Below are positions 7,749-10,767 of a DNA stretch of 10,767 bases, piece by piece. The stretch's first letter is position 1. The number at the start of each line of letters is the position of its first letter. The stretch is from Candidatus Micrarchaeota archaeon (GTDB taxonomy: Archaea > Micrarchaeota > Micrarchaeia > Norongarragalinales > SBBD01), in NCBI GenBank assembly GCA_038046605.1, contig JBBSVW010000077.1:1-10767 (forward strand), in the 5' to 3' direction. Made by a program: the position numbers and the translations under genes. The notes below the pieces were generated by a model, which was not told where the DNA came from, made no database searches, and saw nothing but the letters and a program-made list of their open reading frames with translations.

Positions 7749-8516
7749 TTAATCAATTGGTTTGTACTTGAAATTCACATCTTTCTGCCTGGCAGGAAGT
7801 TGGTATCCGTCAGTTTCAAAGGGATAGGCAAGCACCCCGCTGGGAAAATTAGCACCGGGGCTATAGCTTTTCCAATAGAAAAATGTGCTCGGCTGGACCC
7901 AATGAAGATAGCGGTTTCCTGTTTTGTCTTGCCGTTCCCCTGATGCATCATATCCCTTGAGGCCAAAGAATGGATTTTCCGATGTATCCGACACCTTGAA
8001 ACCAATGTCAACAAAGGAGTGGGTGCCAATGCCATCCGGTGCCGGCACAGTACCGGCAAATCCAATCAGATCCCCGCGTTTTACCGTGTATCCAATTAAA
8101 GCCCGGCATGCACCCGCGTTGCCCTTGTCGGCCACATAATCCACCATGCCCATAAAAAGACGGCCCTGTGCTTGGAAGGTGACATTTTCTCCCCGCGGTT
8201 CCATAAATGCGCTGCAATCCGGATTTATCATATGCCCTTGCAATAGTGGCGAGCTGTATAAATGGTAAACAAAAATAACCATGCCTGGCCAATCAGGGCT
8301 GGCAGACTCGAAAAATAACACCAAATCATCCATTCGGATTATTTTTTGCCCAACCGAAATCCGGTAGCCATTATTGTTTTGAAAGCCAACCAGCGTCATA
8401 TCGATAGGTGCAAGCACGGGCGTTCCGTGAATTTTGAGTTCAAATACTTGACCATGATGAGTGGCATAGGGCTGAATTTCCGGATGGCTGCCAAGTTTTG
8501 GACCCAGGGTAATCAT
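7749..8516 (-). CDS. M23/LytM peptidase-fold protein without canonical zinc motifs; probably the C-terminal part of a frameshifted gene
   Basis: GTPVLAP, YHL and VKRGDLIGFAG are M23 scaffold motifs. HxxxD and HxH are not found (HHGQVFE and THSFVD instead). No signal peptide of its own. Confidence 0.65.
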   Translation of the reverse strand: MITLGPKLGSHPEIQPYATHHGQVFELKIHGTPVLAPIDMTLVGFQNNNGYRISVGQKIIRMDDLVLFFESASPDWPGMVIFVYHLYSSPLLQGHMINPDCSAFMEPRGENVTFQAQGRLFMGMVDYVADKGNAGACRALIGYTVKRGDLIGFAGTVPAPDGIGTHSFVDIGFKVSDTSENPFFGLKGYDASGERQDKTGNRYLHWVQPSTFFYWKSYSPGANFPSGVLAYPFETDGYQLPARQKDVNFKYKPID

Positions 8517-8884
8517 ATTGGGTCGGCATTTGTGCCGAACATTTCCGTATGGGAATTGATACCCGCCATACTGGATGGTGGCAGGGTAATCGCAGATGCG
8601 CTCGTATTGGGCACTGGAATAGGTACCGATAATGAGGTATTTTCCCGAATAATTTGTGGGGTTTTAGGGCACAAGCTTGGATCACTAACCACCTGCCCAT
8701 TTTGGCATTCGTAAGTCTTTACAGGAGATTGATTTTGGAAAGCCTGCAGGCTAGGTTGTATGCTTCCATTGGGTGCAGGTTTAGACGGGGAAATATTTGC
8801 TGGCGGTTGCTCATCTATTTCTGCACAACCATATAGAAGTATTGCCATAAGTGCCAAACTGCTGATAACCAGATATTTTCCCAT
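8513..8884 (-). CDS. Secreted protein or lipoprotein N-terminal segment (lipobox-like LLYGC, Pro/Ser linker, C-x11-C motif); probably the 5' part of the M23-like gene (alternative start 8896)
   Basis: MGKYLVISSLALMAILLYGC signal, YECQNGQVVSDPSLCP, and an ATGA overlap with the next ORF. TATA-like TTATTATA at 8926-8919. Confidence 0.7.
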   Translation of the reverse strand: MGKYLVISSLALMAILLYGCAEIDEQPPANISPSKPAPNGSIQPSLQAFQNQSPVKTYECQNGQVVSDPSLCPKTPQIIRENTSLSVPIPVPNTSASAITLPPSSMAGINSHTEMFGTNADPI

Positions 8885-9041
8885 AGCACAGCCCATAAGA
8901 GAGTTGGCATATTGAGGATATAATAACTTCTCCACACCCTGAAAATCGACCGAACTAGCATCCCATCATGAATAAGGCGGAAACAATGTGTGATCATTCA
9001 GCTACCAATCCGTAGCTATTCAGCAACACTTCCGAGGGAGG

Positions 9042-9086
9042 TTTTCCAGGGCGCAGTGCTTCAAACTCCCCTGCTCGGCCAAGGCG
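9042..9086. repeat. Dispersed ~46-bp repeat, copy 3
   Basis: ttttccagggcgcagtgcttcaaactcccctgctcggccaaggcg; the first 20 bp are identical to copy 1. Confidence 0.9.
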
Positions 9087-9172
9087 CATCATCCCATATT
9101 TTCCTATCCGCGCATCTTAACACAATAGTCATTATTTTAAATGGCGGCTTCGAAATAAGTGCGGTTTGGAAG

Positions 9173-9853
9173 ATGAGATCAATTGCTATTGCCGCCCTAT
9201 TTATCCTGCTAGCAGCGCTATTGCAGCCGGCTTCGGCCGAGTGTAAATATTTCAAGGATAAGGATGGCTTTCCCCTGGGAATAATCCCAACACCTAAAAA
9301 TATCACCGTTGTTTTTACCAATCCAAATCCGATTAATTACACATTCCTGGTGTACATTGAGGGTGAAGCGGGGACAACAACCTCGCTTGATTGCAGGGTG
9401 AAGCTTGAAATTTACAACGAATCCTTTGCAATGAAGGCGGAGCTTTCGAATTATTCGCTGGAAACCGGGGTTGGCTTCAAGGAAAGGCCCTTTGTGCTGT
9501 TCATGACGCCGGCTAACCTCATCAATTTCCCGGATGAGATTTTATTTTACATAAAAATAACCGATATTGACTACCTGAAAAATTATGCGCTGCTTCCAGT
9601 CACTGCAAAATACAAATTTGAAAGGGAAAAGCCAAAACCATCAATTACGGCAACCCCCACTCCGACACAGGGAGGCAGTGGATTATTCCCTACAAGCACC
9701 CCAACGCCTAAGCCATTTGCGAACCTCTCCTCGTTAACAGACATCATCACCAAGGTCGAGGACAACAACACCAAATACACCATAGCGGTCGTGGCGTTCA
9801 TCTTCCTTGCAGGTCTTTTATGGATGGGCTTTAATTCGATGCAGCGGGACTGA
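9173..9853 (+). CDS. Cell-surface protein: signal peptide, beta-rich ectodomain, Thr/Pro linker, C-terminal transmembrane anchor
   Basis: MRSIAIAALFILLAALLQPASA signal, TATPTPT...TSTPTPKP linker, YTIAVVAFIFLAGLLWMGF helix and several N-x-S/T sequons. TTTTAAAT at 9136-9143. Confidence 0.85.
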   Translation: MRSIAIAALFILLAALLQPASAECKYFKDKDGFPLGIIPTPKNITVVFTNPNPINYTFLVYIEGEAGTTTSLDCRVKLEIYNESFAMKAELSNYSLETGVGFKERPFVLFMTPANLINFPDEILFYIKITDIDYLKNYALLPVTAKYKFEREKPKPSITATPTPTQGGSGLFPTSTPTPKPFANLSSLTDIITKVEDNNTKYTIAVVAFIFLAGLLWMGFNSMQRD

Positions 9854-9860
9854 TTTTTAG

Positions 9861-10169
9861 ATGGCAAAAATTAGCTTTAGGGAAAGGGTCTACTCAAAGG
9901 CAACGGAAATACCAGTTGGTAAAGTATCTACATACAAATCACTTGCAAAAAATGCTGGCAACAAATTGGCTTGCCGGGCAGTCGGAACTATAATGCATCA
10001 CAACAATTATCCCCATTCGGGCATGCCGTGCCATAGGGTCGTTAAAAGCAGCGGGGAAATTGGGGGGTATGCGCATGGCACCGATAAAAAGATTGCGATG
10101 CTAAGGGCGGAGGGGGTCAAAATAAAGGATGGGAAAGTGGATTTGGAAATATTCGAATATAAATTCTAA
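9861..10169 (+). CDS. ogt: Methylated-DNA--protein-cysteine methyltransferase (MGMT family, C-terminal domain only)
   Basis: IPVGKVSTY, RAVG, active-site PCHRVV, GGYAHG and K..ML..EG motifs. Confidence 0.93.
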   Translation: MAKISFRERVYSKATEIPVGKVSTYKSLAKNAGNKLACRAVGTIMHHNNYPHSGMPCHRVVKSSGEIGGYAHGTDKKIAMLRAEGVKIKDGKVDLEIFEYKF

Positions 10170-10275
10170 ATGAAAAGCGGCAGTGGATCCCCAGGATATG
10201 GAAGGATTTGGAAATAATTCGCAGCAACCGGGTATTTTTTTCCAGTTGCAATACGCTTATTTGGTGCAATCCTAA

Positions 10276-10767
10276 ATGGAATACCGGCAATCAATTAAAT
10301 ACATTGAATCCCTCCCAACGCCGGAGGCATGGGGAATCGAGAATTGCGCCGAACTGGCAAAAAGGGCCGGAATCAGGTTTGGCTATGAAATTATCCATGT
10401 CGCGGGCACAAACGGCAAGGGATCGGTTTGCGCGGATTTGGCATCCATCCTTTGCAAGGCCGGCTATAAAACCGGAATGCACACATCCCCGCACCTGCAA
10501 AAGTACAACGAGAGAATCAAAATCAATGGAAAGGACATTACCGATTTGGAGTTTGCGCACATGATTGAAAAAATAGCGCCTCATGTTGAAAAAATGAGAA
10601 AGGCCGGAAGATGCCCATCGGTTTTTGAGGCGCTCACAATTGCCGCATTTGCATATTTCTCCGATAGGAAAATCGAGGTATTGGTTTTGGAAACCGGAAT
10701 GGGCGGATCGCTGGATGCAACCAACATTGCCCCCTCCAGATTGCAGGTAATCACGAGCATTTCCATG
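10276..10767 (+). CDS. folC: Folylpolyglutamate synthase/dihydrofolate synthase; 3' end runs off the window
   Basis: Not in the ORF track. From ATG 10276: MEYRQSIKYIESL...IIHVAGTNGKGSV...HTSPHLQKYNERIKING...SVFEALT..AFAYF...VLETGMGGSLDATN. GGTG at 10263-10266. Confidence 0.96.
   Translation, partial: MEYRQSIKYIESLPTPEAWGIENCAELAKRAGIRFGYEIIHVAGTNGKGSVCADLASILCKAGYKTGMHTSPHLQKYNERIKINGKDITDLEFAHMIEKIAPHVEKMRKAGRCPSVFEALTIAAFAYFSDRKIEVLVLETGMGGSLDATNIAPSRLQVITSISM

Noticed and set aside
8990-9172. 61-aa N-terminal extension of the surface protein in the ORF track
   Set aside because: It runs through repeat copy 3 and a TATA-like box; the signal peptide begins at ATG 9173.
9861-10169. Alkyltransferase-like (ATL) non-catalytic protein
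   Set aside because: The active-site Cys is present (PCHR rather than PWHR).
10170-10275. Short ORFs between ogt and folC (10170-10217 and 10198-10275)
   Set aside because: Only 15 and 25 codons with no supporting motif; a TAA at 10273-10275 separates the second from folC.

Overview
Archaeal DNA, judged from an archaeal-type ThrRS with an N-terminal editing domain, TATA boxes and leaderless starts. Small secreted proteins and bacterial-type prs and folC suggest a DPANN lineage such as Micrarchaeota (inference). Left, on the minus strand: a winged-helix protein with a DnaJ-type zinc finger in its wing, a Cas2/PaaX/ChrB-N-fold protein, then prs (partial). A 516-bp divergent intergenic region rich in palindromes precedes thrS (+). 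Next comes a ~4.6-kb all-minus block: a CPA1 antiporter-GNAT fusion lacking key transport residues, an APC permease, and an M23-fold secreted protein apparently split by a 2-bp frameshift. This block is bounded and subdivided by three same-orientation copies of a ~46-bp repeat carrying a conserved bulged hairpin. Plus-strand genes then resume: a cell-surface protein, a minimal MGMT and folC (partial). No CRISPR array, tRNA, rRNA, integrase or transposase is visible. All family assignments come from recognising motifs by eye, not from database searches.
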